Assembly: GCA_944393265.1 (NCBI GenBank) | Contig: CALXZO010000009.1 | Coordinates: 1,103-65,102, forward strand | From: an uncultured Clostridia bacterium | GTDB lineage: Bacteria > Bacillota > Clostridia > TANB77 > UBA1234 | Reading direction: 5' to 3' | Length of the DNA: 64,000 bases | Shown: positions 1 through 9,832 of the stretch, one piece after another | Position numbering within the stretch: the first letter of the stretch is position 1 | Layout of the letters: every line of letters begins with the position of its first letter | Program-made: the position numbers and the translations under genes | The notes under the pieces: model-generated | The model's input: only the letters and a program-made list of their open reading frames with translations | Database searches by the model: none | What the model was told of the DNA's origin: nothing

Positions 1-175
1 AAAAACTTATATGTCCGTAATGCAGGAAAAGGGATTGATAGAAAGAATTAATGAAAAAAGAAATGGAAAATGGATTGCAAAATTAAAAGAAAATATTTAA
101 TGTTTTTTTAAAGTTTAATTATATAGTATAATTTTGGTGTAATAATAAAGAGCAAATTTATAAGAGGGATGATAT

Positions 176-703
176 ATGGTTTACAAATGGACGTATGAAA
201 CATCAAAAGGATTTTCAAATATGATAATGAATAGTGACGGAGAATATTTAACAAAATTATATTTTAAAAGTTCAAAAAAATCTTTAAAACATGAGATAGA
301 TTGTGAGGAAAAGTATTTACAAATATTTGAAGAAACAAAAAAATGGTTAGATATATATTTTAGTGGCAAGGAGCCCGATTTTACACCAAGATATAAAATA
401 AATAATACTACTTTATTTAGAAAAGAAGTAATAGATATTATTAATAAAATTCCGTATGGCAAAGTAATAACATATAATGACATAGCAAAAGAAATAGCTA
501 AAAAAAGAGGAATAAAAAGAATGTCAGCACAAGCTGTTGGTAGTGCTGTTGGTTGGAATCCAATTTGCATTATAATTCCTTGTCATAGAGTTGTTGGTGC
601 CAATGGAAATCTAACAGGATATGGCGGAGGAATGAAAAACAAAGTATCATTGTTAGCACTTGAAAATAATAATATGAACAAATATAACGCAAACGATAAT
701 TAG
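176..703 (+). CDS. ogt: methylated-DNA--protein-cysteine methyltransferase (Ogt/MGMT family)
   Basis: 175-aa ORF; C-terminal IPCHRVV (PCHR active-site Cys motif) and DNA-binding helix region typical of O6-alkylguanine-DNA alkyltransferases. Confidence 0.8.
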   Translation: MVYKWTYETSKGFSNMIMNSDGEYLTKLYFKSSKKSLKHEIDCEEKYLQIFEETKKWLDIYFSGKEPDFTPRYKINNTTLFRKEVIDIINKIPYGKVITYNDIAKEIAKKRGIKRMSAQAVGSAVGWNPICIIIPCHRVVGANGNLTGYGGGMKNKVSLLALENNNMNKYNANDN

Positions 704-718
704 CAGGCTAATAGACAT

Positions 719-800
719 AAGGGTGGAGTTTTTGCTTATATTCCTTAAAATCAATCAGGCTAGGACAATAGGCTTAACCTTAGTCAAAGTTGATGTGAGT
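719..800. repeat. degenerate copy (P0) of the ~90-bp palindromic intergenic repeat family
   Basis: ggtggagtttttgcttatat arm and gctaggacaataggcttaacc core resemble the copies at 3091, 22828 and 28344; right arm decayed. Confidence 0.4.
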
Positions 801-849
801 CTAAATTTGCAAATAAGGAATCAACGAATAAAATAACATGGAAGGTGAG

Positions 850-3075
850 TTCATGAAATTAGAAATATCAAATCAAGAAATGGCCAAATATATGAGTATG
901 ATATTTAATTCAGATGCATTAAAAGAGTTGTATAAAAGATTTCCGTTAAATGCAGATGATTTATTTTGCAATCTAGGAAATGTTCTAGGAAAGTATTATA
1001 TTTCAACGGGCGATAATTCTATGGAAAGTGCTGAAAAAATTATTTCAGAGTATGTTGCGCATGAACCCAAAACTTTTTTAAGGCAGAGTTTTATGCCAAT
1101 GGTAGAAGCTAGTGTGGCAAAGGAATTAGGACTAAACCAGCCACTGTCAATAAAAGACAGAATAAGAATTGTTGAGCATGTTAGAGAAAGAAATTCTAAA
1201 AATAAGTTTTATACACATTGTTTCCCTGAGGCTATATATGATGATGTTTCAACAAATGGATTAGATATATCAAAAGAGCTGTTTCAAGAAGAATTTAGTG
1301 TACTTAGTAAAATATCAAAAACACCATTTATGACAGGGAAGCTTAATTACTGTGAATTATCAGCCGGGGCATTAGGATATGCAACGCTTGGGATACCAGA
1401 AAGAGTTCGACTAACACTTGTAAAAAAAAGCAAGCAAAATAAAGGCGAACCGATGAAAGATTTTCTTGAAAGAGCTCTTAGAGAACAAGCAGACGAAGAA
1501 ATTATAAATGGAAAAATAACTGAAGATGACCGAGAAAGTATTTTACAAGCTGGCCAAAAAATAATTGATTTTTATTTGAGACCTAATTCATGTGTTGCAT
1601 TTTTTAAGAAAGAAGACATATACGCAGATAACTCAAGAGATACACAAAAAAATGATGATAGAATTAAATCCCTATTTATTGGAAAGTTAGGGACTTTTAA
1701 TAATATTTCTTGGGGAAGGTATGTTTCAAGCATAGCCGAAGAAAGCATATCTAAAATAAAAAAGAATCCGGATATGTTTGAAAAAGTGTACGCTGAATTT
1801 TTTGAGCGAATAAAAACAGAAATTCCAAGTTTAGAAGAATATTTTGATGACTTTATCGAGGATACTTTTGCTGAAATTTTGTCTCGAGGAGCCATTAGTA
1901 ATTATGAATATTCGGGAAATGTTGATGGCTATTGTATGGAGAATGGGAAATTATCGCGTGGACATTTTGAAATCGCCACATTCACAACACCTAGAGAAGT
2001 TGCTATAGAGGGAATAAGAGAAAATGAAGGAAAAGAAACTTTGGGTAATTCTAGAGTAAAAGGAAAAAAAGAAGATTATACAAAAGAAATTGGGAATGTT
2101 AAAAAAGTTACGAGTTTTTTTGATAAAGTTATTGCAAGCAAAAGTAAAATTGAAAGAATAGAGCAGCATAATATTAGTTATCGAGATGCGAACGGAAGAA
2201 GCAAAAGTGTTTACATATTTTTAGTAACAGATGATTCAGGTGCTATAAGGCAAATAGAGCATCCTTGGACTAACCAGTTACAAGACGGCAAACAAGTTTT
2301 TATGCTAAATAGGGGGCCTTTGAAACAAAGATTAGTTTCTAGTATCGAACTTGAAATCGAAGATTATTCGTCGGAAGATAGAAAAAAAATAGTGGAAGAA
2401 TATAAAAATAGTGTTGAGGAATATGATGAAGATTATGTGGAAGATGATGCTATCTCATGGAAAGCAAATCAAATTTATGAACAAATGAGCGAAGAAGAAA
2501 GGAATATGCTTATTGCCAAACAAGACAGATTTATGATTTCTTATCTGCGTGACTGTCAAAAGATAGAAATCATTTCGGGAAGTAAAATAGTGCCAAGTAC
2601 AGATGATGTAGAAGTGTTATATAGTGAGGCAGAAGATGCTAAATATAATATTTTGTTTGAAGCAATAAGAGACAAAGATAAACCGCTAATAAATCCATAT
2701 GACACGCTTATGGATACAAGATATTACAAGCAAGAGATAGAAACAAGAAAGAAGCTAACGCCACAAAGCATTGAAGCGTTTTCACAAGCTGTGAGAAAAG
2801 TGAATTCTTTGTATCAAGAGGTAATAGGTACAGAAATGTTTCAAGAGTTGCAAGAAGGGAAAGAAATATCTGAAATAAAAGCAAGACCGAGCAAGAAGGT
2901 AGCAAATATGATTGAAGCAATGCCGAAGATGTTAGATGTTCTGAGACTGATTGCAAAATCTGAGCACCGTTCGGGATGCAATCGAATGTCATACCTAGAT
3001 GCGGCAGTGTTTGTATGTGAGCAAACCCAAATATACTTTAATAAGAACAAACGGACAAAGTATAGAAAGAAATGA
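850..3075 (+). CDS. hypothetical protein, ~741 aa, no family recognised
   Basis: long uninterrupted ORF; ATG at 850 has a GGAAGGTGAG RBS 6 nt upstream (ORF track starts 838); bracketed by palindromic repeat copies at 719-800 and 3091-3185. Confidence 0.55.
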   Translation, partial: FMKLEISNQEMAKYMSMIFNSDALKELYKRFPLNADDLFCNLGNVLGKYYISTGDNSMESAEKIISEYVAHEPKTFLRQSFMPMVEASVAKELGLNQPLSIKDRIRIVEHVRERNSKNKFYTHCFPEAIYDDVSTNGLDISKELFQEEFSVLSKISKTPFMTGKLNYCELSAGALGYATLGIPERVRLTLVKKSKQNKGEPMKDFLERALREQADEEIINGKITEDDRESILQAGQKIIDFYLRPNSCVAFFKKEDIYADNSRDTQKNDDRIKSLFIGKLGTFNNISWGRYVSSIAEESISKIKKNPDMFEKVYAEFFERIKTEIPSLEEYFDDFIEDTFAEILSRGAISNYEYSGNVDGYCMENGKLSRGHFEIATFTTPREVAIEGIRENEGKETLGNSRVKGKKEDYTKEIGNVKKVTSFFDKVIASKSKIERIEQHNISYRDANGRSKSVYIFLVTDDSGAIRQIEHPWTNQLQDGKQVFMLNRGPLKQRLVSSIELEIEDYSSEDRKKIVEEYKNSVEEYDEDYVEDDAISWKANQIYEQMSEEERNMLIAKQDRFMISYLRDCQKIEIISGSKIVPSTDDVEVLYSEAEDAKYNILFEAIRDKDKPLINPYDTLMDTRYYKQEIETRKKLTPQSIEAFSQAVRKVNSLYQEVIGTEMFQELQEGKEISEIKARPSKKVANMIEAMPKMLDVLRLIAKSEHRSGCNRMSYLDAAVFVCEQTQIYFNKNKRTKYRKK

Positions 3076-3090
3076 TAAAGATGAAATTTA

Positions 3091-3185
3091 GACATGGGGA
3101 CGAAGTTTTTGTCTATACCTTTTAAAAGCGATCAGCCTATGGCAATAGGCTAAAGTAGTATAGACAAAAACTTCGTCCCCATGTC
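3091..3185. repeat. palindromic intergenic repeat copy P1 (~95 bp)
   Basis: gacatggggacgaagtttttgtctatac ... gcctatggcaataggc ... gtatagacaaaaacttcgtccccatgtc: near-perfect 28-bp inverted arms around a conserved caatagg core. Confidence 0.65.
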
Positions 3186-3288
3186 TACAGAATTATTTGC
3201 TTTTTGTCTTGAAACTATTGAATTTTGGGGAAATTTATTTTATAATGAGCGTGTTATGTAAAGAAGAAAAGTGGGAGGAGAAAACGTA

Positions 3289-4527
3289 GTGCGTAATGTT
3301 GATGAGATAGCAGGTAATGTTGAAATGGAGATTAAGGACGTGTTTGAAAAGCATAATGAAATTGAGTTTTTGAATTCGGCTAAAGTGCTAGAGGCTTTTA
3401 GAACATTTAAGATTAGTGAGGCGCATTTAAATGGCACATCTGGATATGGATATAATGATTTAGGGCGTGAAGCGACTGAAAAAATTTTTGCTCAAATATT
3501 TAAAGCAGATGATGCGTTAGTTAGAATGCAATTTATTTCTGGTACACACACAATTGCCACAACACTTTTTGGAATTTTGCGTCCGGGAGATACAGTACTT
3601 AGCGTAAATGGTAAGCCGTATGATACTTTAGATGAAACGCTTGGAATAAGAGAAAATAAATCTTCACTAAAAGAGTTTGGTGTGAAGTACGAGCAGATTG
3701 ACTTACTTGATGGCAATAAATTTGATTATAAAAAAATTGTAGATAGAGTTTCTAAAAAAGATATTAAGCTTATAATAATGCAGCGCTCGAGAGGATATGC
3801 ATATAGAAATGCTTTCACAATCGAGGAAATTAAAGAGGTTGTTGAGAAAGTAAAATTAGCAGATAAAAATGTTTTAGTAATGGTAGATAACTGTTATGGA
3901 GAGTTTACTGAAACGCAAGAACCAACTGAGGTTGGAGCAGATGTTGCTGTTGGATCACTTATCAAAAACATTGGTGGTGGCATTGCTCCAACAGGAGGAT
4001 ATATTGTTGGAAGACAAGATGTTATTGATTTGATTAGTGATAGATATAGCGCTCCCGGGCTTGGAAAAGAAGGCGGAGCAACTTTTGATTTTAATAAAAA
4101 AGTTTTACAAGGATTATTTATGGCGCCACATATTGTTTGCGAAAGCAAAAAGATAGGCATTTTTGCAGCGAAACTTTTAGAAAAGTTAGGATATGAAGTA
4201 TCACCAAAATATGACGAAACTAGATCTGATATTGTTGAGATGATTAAGTTTAACGACCCAAATAAATTAATTAAATTTTGCCAATGCATCCAGGCGTATT
4301 CGCCTATTGATTCGCATGTTTGCCCTGAGCCATGGGACATGCCAGGTTATGATAGTAAGATTATTATGGCTTCAGGCTCATTTACATCAGGTTCTTCAAT
4401 CGAGCTTAGTTGTGACGGCCCGGTTAGACCGCCATATGTTGCTTACTTGCAGGGTGGACTTACATATAATTACGGAAAGATTGCGGTTATAAATGCTGCA
4501 AAGGAAATTTTGAAAGAGGAGATATAA
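3289..4527 (+). CDS. PLP-dependent Cys/Met-metabolism family protein (methionine gamma-lyase-like / aluminium-resistance YnbB-like)
   Basis: ~412 aa; GTG at 3289 preceded by GGGAGGAG RBS; overall resemblance to the clostridial aluminium-resistance/CGS-like family from memory, no search run. Confidence 0.55.
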   Translation: MRNVDEIAGNVEMEIKDVFEKHNEIEFLNSAKVLEAFRTFKISEAHLNGTSGYGYNDLGREATEKIFAQIFKADDALVRMQFISGTHTIATTLFGILRPGDTVLSVNGKPYDTLDETLGIRENKSSLKEFGVKYEQIDLLDGNKFDYKKIVDRVSKKDIKLIIMQRSRGYAYRNAFTIEEIKEVVEKVKLADKNVLVMVDNCYGEFTETQEPTEVGADVAVGSLIKNIGGGIAPTGGYIVGRQDVIDLISDRYSAPGLGKEGGATFDFNKKVLQGLFMAPHIVCESKKIGIFAAKLLEKLGYEVSPKYDETRSDIVEMIKFNDPNKLIKFCQCIQAYSPIDSHVCPEPWDMPGYDSKIIMASGSFTSGSSIELSCDGPVRPPYVAYLQGGLTYNYGKIAVINAAKEILKEEI

Positions 4528-4528
4528 T

Positions 4529-5761
4529 GTGAAAGTAATTGTAATTGGAGGAGGTCCCGCGGGGATGATGGCAGCAATTATGGCTGCTAGAAATGGATAC
4601 GAAGTTACATTGCTTGAAAAAATGCGTAGCCTTGGTAGGAAACTATCTATAACAGGTAAAGGCAGATGCAATATAACCAATGCCTCTGATATGGACGAAT
4701 TTATTAAAAATGTTCCAGGTAATCCTAAATTTTTATATAGTGCGTTTAGCCAGTTTACGAATATAGATGCTATAAATTTCTTTAACGAAATTGGAGTAAA
4801 AACTAAAGTGGAGCGAGGAAATAGGGTGTTCCCAGTATCTGATAATGCGCTTGAAGTTATAGATAAGCTAAAAAAAGAGCTTGAAAATAGAAAAGTGAAA
4901 GTCTATGTAAATACTGAAGTTGAGGAAATAGTTGTTAAGAATTCAAAGATTGAAGGTGTAAGAACTAAGAAAGGAACATTAGAATGCGATAAAGTGATTT
5001 TAGCAACTGGCGGTAAAAGCTATCCTACCACTGGCTCTACGGGTGATGGATATGTTTTCGCACAAAAATTGGGGCATACAATTATAGAACCTAAAGGCTC
5101 CCTCGTACCATTAGAAGTTTTTGAAAATGACATAAAAGAATTACAAGGGCTTTCACTAAAAAATGTTAGTGTTAAATTTATAGATAGTGAAAAGATTATA
5201 TATGAAGACTTTGGAGAAATGCTTTTTACACATTTCGGAGTTTCTGGGCCAATTATTCTTAGCGGAAGTGCGCAGATTTTAAGAAATAAAAATATTGTTG
5301 AAAAGATGAATAACCGAAAAATAAAATTATCTATTGATTTAAAACCAGCGCTAACCTACGAAATGCTTGATGCCAGACTAATTCGAGACTTTGAGAAATA
5401 TTCTAAAAAACAGTTTAAAAATAGTTTGAATGATTTATTACCTTCAAAATTAATTCCGTACGTAGTGAAAAAAACTGAAATTGCTGAATATAAGGTTGTG
5501 GATCAAATTACTAAAAAGGAAAGGCAAGACATAATAAATCTACTTAAAAATATGAAATTTACAATAAAAAAGTTTAGACCAATCGAAGAAGCTATTGTTA
5601 CTGCTGGTGGAGTAAGCACGAAGGAAATTAATTCTTCTACGATGGAATCAAAGCTAGTAAGCGGGCTTTTCTTTGCAGGAGAAGTTATTGATGTAGATGC
5701 TTATACAGGAGGTTTTAATTTGCAAATAGCTTATAGTACAGCGTATGTAGCTGCAAAGTAG
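4529..5761 (+). CDS. FAD/NAD(P)-binding flavoprotein, HI0933/YhiN (BaiN-like) family
   Basis: N-terminal VIVIGGGPAGMMAA dinucleotide-binding motif; 410 aa; GTG start directly after the upstream stop. Confidence 0.75.
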   Translation: MKVIVIGGGPAGMMAAIMAARNGYEVTLLEKMRSLGRKLSITGKGRCNITNASDMDEFIKNVPGNPKFLYSAFSQFTNIDAINFFNEIGVKTKVERGNRVFPVSDNALEVIDKLKKELENRKVKVYVNTEVEEIVVKNSKIEGVRTKKGTLECDKVILATGGKSYPTTGSTGDGYVFAQKLGHTIIEPKGSLVPLEVFENDIKELQGLSLKNVSVKFIDSEKIIYEDFGEMLFTHFGVSGPIILSGSAQILRNKNIVEKMNNRKIKLSIDLKPALTYEMLDARLIRDFEKYSKKQFKNSLNDLLPSKLIPYVVKKTEIAEYKVVDQITKKERQDIINLLKNMKFTIKKFRPIEEAIVTAGGVSTKEINSSTMESKLVSGLFFAGEVIDVDAYTGGFNLQIAYSTAYVAAK

Positions 5762-5888
5762 TAGTAATAGATTCTTAATTTAGGAATAAGTAGGTGTGCA
5801 ATTTATATATGAATGTCGAAAAATGGGGAACAAAAATACTTGAAAAAATGCGTGAAAAATATAAAATTTTAAAGTGTAGGGGAGAATA

Positions 5889-6509
5889 ATGATTGATAGT
5901 TTTTTGACGATTGATGATAAAACATATTTGACCGAGATTGTTGAGAAGAAATCTAGGTTTATTGCACAACTTATAAAAGTAGAATCAAAGGCAGAAGCTG
6001 TTTCTAAAATTGAAGAAATAAGAAAAGAACATAGAAATGCAAGGCATAATGTTTATGCTTATAGAATAGCAAATGATGAAGAAGGTGTAAGTGATGATGG
6101 TGAGCCGAGTGGAACGGCTGGAGTGCCATTGCTAGATATTTTGAGGGGTGAAAAACTTTTAAATATATTAGTTGTCGTTACTCGTTATTTTGGTGGAATT
6201 CTGCTTGGAACAGGTGGGCTAGTTAAAGCGTATAGTACATCTGCAAAAGAAGCAATTAAGGTGGCACAAAGAGTTAAAATGAAACTGTGTGACGAACATG
6301 AAGTTAAAGTAGATTATTGCTATCATGATATTTTACTACATTATTTTAATAAAGAGTCATTAACGATAAAAGACACTATTTTTCTTGATAAGGTTTGTTT
6401 TTACATACTTACAGAAAAGGCCAAGACGAAAGAAATTCTGGAAAAGATATTTGAGAAAACAGAAAGAAATGTCGAGGTAACTTTAAAAGGAGAATACTAT
6501 CACGAATAA
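5889..6509 (+). CDS. yigZ: YigZ/IMPACT family protein (UPF0029)
   Basis: 206 aa; N-terminal region with KSRFIA and GEPSGTAG segments characteristic of the IMPACT/YigZ N-domain. Confidence 0.7.
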   Translation: MIDSFLTIDDKTYLTEIVEKKSRFIAQLIKVESKAEAVSKIEEIRKEHRNARHNVYAYRIANDEEGVSDDGEPSGTAGVPLLDILRGEKLLNILVVVTRYFGGILLGTGGLVKAYSTSAKEAIKVAQRVKMKLCDEHEVKVDYCYHDILLHYFNKESLTIKDTIFLDKVCFYILTEKAKTKEILEKIFEKTERNVEVTLKGEYYHE

Positions 6510-6640
6510 TATGGAAATATTTTACAATTTAATATTGATTTTTCCAAAATATGGTAGTATACTTTTAAATGTAGTTAATAATTATTTGAAACATGAAGAA
6601 TGTTTGGATAAAAACAAAAAAGTAGATAGGAGGAAGAATA

Positions 6641-7438
6641 ATGCAAGAGAAAATTAGAGTCATGATAGCCGATGATAATGTTGAGTTTGCGGAAATTATG
6701 AAAGAATTTTTAGAAAAAAGTGAAGACATTGAAGTAATAGACATAGTGAAAGATGGAGAAGAGGCACTAAATATTTTAATCAAGAAAGAGCCAGACGTTG
6801 CATTAATGGACATAATAATGCCAAAACTTGACGGAATAGGTGTTTTAGAGAAAATACGAGAAGGAGCTAAGCAATTAAAAACAAAATTTATAATGTTATC
6901 CGCAATTGGTCAAGACGCTATAACACAAAGAACTATTATGTTAGGTGCGGAGTATTATATGATAAAACCATTTGACTTAAACTTACTTGAAAGACGTATT
7001 AGAGAAGTTAAGAAAGGATTAGATGCTAACCCGGTAATAAATGTGACGACATCAAAAAAGAATACATACGTCGTGGCAAACACGGAATCTTTAGAGGGCT
7101 TGATAACAAATATAATTCATGAAGTTGGTGTGCCGGCGCACATTAAAGGATATCAATATATACGTGAAGCAATTGCGCTTGCTGTAAAAGATATGGAAGT
7201 AATAAATTCCATAACAAAGCAGTTGTATCCAACTCTAGCCAAGAAGTTTAAGACAACACCATCGAGAGTCGAAAGAGCGATACGTCATGCGATAGAAGTT
7301 GCGTGGGCACGAGGAAAAATGGATGTTAATAATGAAATGTTTGGAAATACCATTTCAGTAAGTAAAGGAAAACCAACAAATTCAGAATTCATTGCCATGA
7401 TTGCAGATAAATTACGCCTTGAAATGAAGTCTGCGTGA
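6641..7438 (+). CDS. spo0A: stage 0 sporulation protein A (response regulator)
   Basis: receiver domain (IADDN ... [10 protein letters not shown]) plus the diagnostic Spo0A C-terminal DNA-binding domain ([19 protein letters not shown] ... [15 protein letters not shown]). Confidence 0.95.
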   Translation: MQEKIRVMIADDNVEFAEIMKEFLEKSEDIEVIDIVKDGEEALNILIKKEPDVALMDIIMPKLDGIGVLEKIREGAKQLKTKFIMLSAIGQDAITQRTIMLGAEYYMIKPFDLNLLERRIREVKKGLDANPVINVTTSKKNTYVVANTESLEGLITNIIHEVGVPAHIKGYQYIREAIALAVKDMEVINSITKQLYPTLAKKFKTTPSRVERAIRHAIEVAWARGKMDVNNEMFGNTISVSKGKPTNSEFIAMIADKLRLEMKSA

Positions 7439-7567
7439 GTACATGAAATAATATGTGTTCATAAAGGATTGGCGAACCTTATCTGCTGTATTGGAGCAAA
7501 GATAACGGATTATTTTGAGAAAATTATTCCTTACGGCAAGATACTAAAAATTAATAATTATTTTTTG

Positions 7568-7592
7568 GCACACTGCTCAGGTGTGCTTTTTC
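7568..7592 (+). terminator. probable rho-independent terminator after spo0A
   Basis: ggcacactgctcaggtgtgc hairpin followed by a T-run. Confidence 0.5.
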
Positions 7593-7703
7593 TTGCATTG
7601 AAAGCGGAAAGTATATGATATTAGAAATAATATAGTGACTTATAATCCGTTGTCAATTGTAGTGCTATTAAATATCCTAACTTAGAGAGGAGAGGGTCGA
7701 TAA

Positions 7704-7979
7704 GTGGAGGATATAAGAGTTGCGCTAGGAAATAGAATTAAGAAGTTGAGACAAGGATTAAAAATTAGTCAAGAAGCTTTAGCATACCGTGCGGACTTAG
7801 ATAGGACGTATATTGCGTCAATTGAAAAAGGAAGGAGAAATGTATCTATAGTAAATATCGAAAGAATCGCACTTGCTTTAAATTGTACTCTTTCAAGTTT
7901 TTTTGATGCAGACGAATTTAGAGAGCGTGTACCAGATGATTATATGAAAGTAGCAGAAGAAGATAAAACTTACAATTAA
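7704..7979 (+). CDS. XRE-family HTH transcriptional regulator, small (91 aa), paralog 1 of 3
   Basis: Cro/C1-type HTH (GNRIKKLRQGLKISQEALA ... DRTYIASIEKGRRNVSIVNIERIA); GTG start after a GAGAGGAGAGG RBS. Confidence 0.8.
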   Translation: MEDIRVALGNRIKKLRQGLKISQEALAYRADLDRTYIASIEKGRRNVSIVNIERIALALNCTLSSFFDADEFRERVPDDYMKVAEEDKTYN

Positions 7980-8063
7980 TGAATTAGGAAAATAATGTTG
8001 TAAAAGAAATAGGAATAATTGATGAAATAAATATTATTATGATGAGAAAGGGCTTTAATAGAT

Positions 8064-8348
8064 ATGGAAGACGTCAAAGTGTTGGTTGGAAATAGAATTA
8101 AATATCTACGAAAGAAGTCGAATCTTACTCAATATACACTAGCAGAAAAAATAGGATTTGATAGAACATATTTAGCAGGTGTTGAAAGTGGAAAGCGAAA
8201 TGTGTCAATACTTAATATTCAAAAAATTGCAAAAGTGCTTAAGTGTACAATAGCAGACTTTTTTGATTCGGATGAGTTTAAAATAAATACTCCAAACGAA
8301 TTTGCAAAAACAGTTGATAAAGTGGCTTTTTATAGGCGACTTAAGTAG
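8064..8348 (+). CDS. XRE-family HTH transcriptional regulator, small (94 aa), paralog 2 of 3
   Basis: same HTH architecture; ~50-60% identical to its neighbours. Confidence 0.8.
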   Translation: MEDVKVLVGNRIKYLRKKSNLTQYTLAEKIGFDRTYLAGVESGKRNVSILNIQKIAKVLKCTIADFFDSDEFKINTPNEFAKTVDKVAFYRRLK

Positions 8349-8462
8349 AGGTTAAGTGCAAATGAGGATAAGGAAGGAGGAGATTTTTTTATGAGCTAAC
8401 TGTGACTTATAATCCGTTGCCTTTTATTCTACTATTTAATATCCTAATGGCAGGAGGATGCC

Positions 8463-8747
8463 ATGGAAGATATTAGGATGTTAGTCGGTAAAAGGATAAA
8501 AAGTTTGCGTAAGCAAATTAATATAAGCCAAGAAAAGCTGGCTTTCGGAGCTAATATTGATAGAACGTACCTTGCATCTGTTGAAAATGGGAAAAGAAAT
8601 ATTTCAATAATAAATATAGAAAGGATAGCTCTCGCACTAGGTTATACTTTAGCAGATTTTTTTGATTCAGAAGAGTTTAAAATAAATTTGCCAGCGGATT
8701 ATTTGTTGGTAGCAGAAAAGTTTTTTGATGAGAAAAAGTATAAGTAA
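8463..8747 (+). CDS. XRE-family HTH transcriptional regulator, small (94 aa), paralog 3 of 3
   Basis: same HTH architecture; shares a conserved ~50-nt upstream leader with paralog 1. Confidence 0.8.
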   Translation: MEDIRMLVGKRIKSLRKQINISQEKLAFGANIDRTYLASVENGKRNISIINIERIALALGYTLADFFDSEEFKINLPADYLLVAEKFFDEKKYK

Positions 8748-8925
8748 TTGAAGCGTTAAAATTGAAAATATTTCTAAAACTAAAAACAATTAACAACAAA
8801 ACCCTCATTTGATTTAATGTTCAAGAGGGTTTTATTATTGCTATATATTATCACAGACGTATTTTGAAATGAAATTTCAATAGCTGTGTTTTTATGTTAA
8901 AATATTTTCATAGGAGTGATTAAAA

Positions 8926-9450
8926 ATGAAGTATATTTTTGTATCGGATATACATGGAAGTGTTGATACTCTAGAAACGGTTTTAACTATTTTTAGAGAA
9001 GAAAACGCTGATAAATTAGTAATTCTAGGAGACACAGCTTCTTTTACAGATGCAAATGCAAATGATATTATAGCAACAACACTAAATAATATGATAAGAA
9101 AAGTAGAAGTAATACGAGGAAATTGTGACACATTAAGCTTTGAAGAAAAAATATTATTTGAGATGTATGATTATGATAATTTATATATAGCCAATAAATT
9201 TGTAACTATCACGCATGGACACTTATATAACTATAATAACTTACCAAGCAGTTGTGGAGATATTTTTATCCAAGGGCATACTCATATTCCATTACTTATT
9301 AAGCAAGAAAATAGAATATTAGCAAATCCCGGCTCTATTTCAAGGCCTAGAGGAAGTAATATAAAATGTTATATTATGATTGATGATAATGGAATATATT
9401 TAAAAACGGTTAATGGAAAGGTTGTTAAAAGGCTAGAATTTGTTAAGTAA
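8926..9450 (+). CDS. metallophosphoesterase, YfcE/MJ0936 family phosphodiesterase
   Basis: DIHG ... GDT ... GNCD ... GHTH motif series of calcineurin-like phosphoesterases; 174 aa. Confidence 0.8.
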   Translation: MKYIFVSDIHGSVDTLETVLTIFREENADKLVILGDTASFTDANANDIIATTLNNMIRKVEVIRGNCDTLSFEEKILFEMYDYDNLYIANKFVTITHGHLYNYNNLPSSCGDIFIQGHTHIPLLIKQENRILANPGSISRPRGSNIKCYIMIDDNGIYLKTVNGKVVKRLEFVK

Positions 9451-9541
9451 TATTTTAGAATAGAAAGAAGTATATGTACAGAACTGGTTGACATAAAGCC
9501 AATAATGCGATAAAATAACAAATGAACTATATTATAATGAG

Positions 9542-9823
9542 GTGAATGAAATGAGTCCACTGTCTATTGTAGAGAATGGATTAGAATGGATATTTAATAC
9601 AATTCCAGTAGATATATGGATATGGGGAAATGTTGCAGTAATGGCAATATTGTGGTTTGCAAAGGAAAAAATCACGTTTGCCTTAACTGTAGAGCTCATG
9701 TTTGTTCTTTTGTGGGGGACATGCAAGTTTGCTTGTTTTGTCCTACCACTTTGGCTAGAGTGGGTGGTAACGGTAGTGGTCGTTATCACGCTAATACGAC
9801 TATTTCGCCGGGGAGGTGCTTGA
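9542..9823 (+). CDS. hypothetical small membrane protein (93 aa)
   Basis: two hydrophobic segments; overlaps a second Cys-rich ORF (9616-9867) in another frame; ends with an in-frame CGG codon; weak. Confidence 0.3.
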   Translation: MNEMSPLSIVENGLEWIFNTIPVDIWIWGNVAVMAILWFAKEKITFALTVELMFVLLWGTCKFACFVLPLWLEWVVTVVVVITLIRLFRRGGA

Positions 9824-9832
9824 AAAAGCATC

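Noticed and set aside
181-570. Antisense ORFs from the six-frame track embedded in clear genes (181-570 in ogt, 6565-6813 in spo0A, 14865-15164 in fusA, 16134-16603 in tuf, and the many minus-strand ORFs inside the giant genes at 52250-56058)
   Set aside because: They are fully overlapped by strongly supported, homology-bearing ORFs on the other strand. They have low-complexity F/L/I/S-rich composition typical of antisense reading of AT-rich coding DNA, and no RBS.
7980-8462. Tiny ORFs between the XRE paralogs (for example MMRKGFNRYGRRQSVGWK at 8025, MRIRKEEIFL at 8364) as cognate signalling peptides
   Set aside because: They overlap the downstream gene starts out of frame, lack their own RBS and any secretion signal, and are not conserved between the paralogous intergenic regions.
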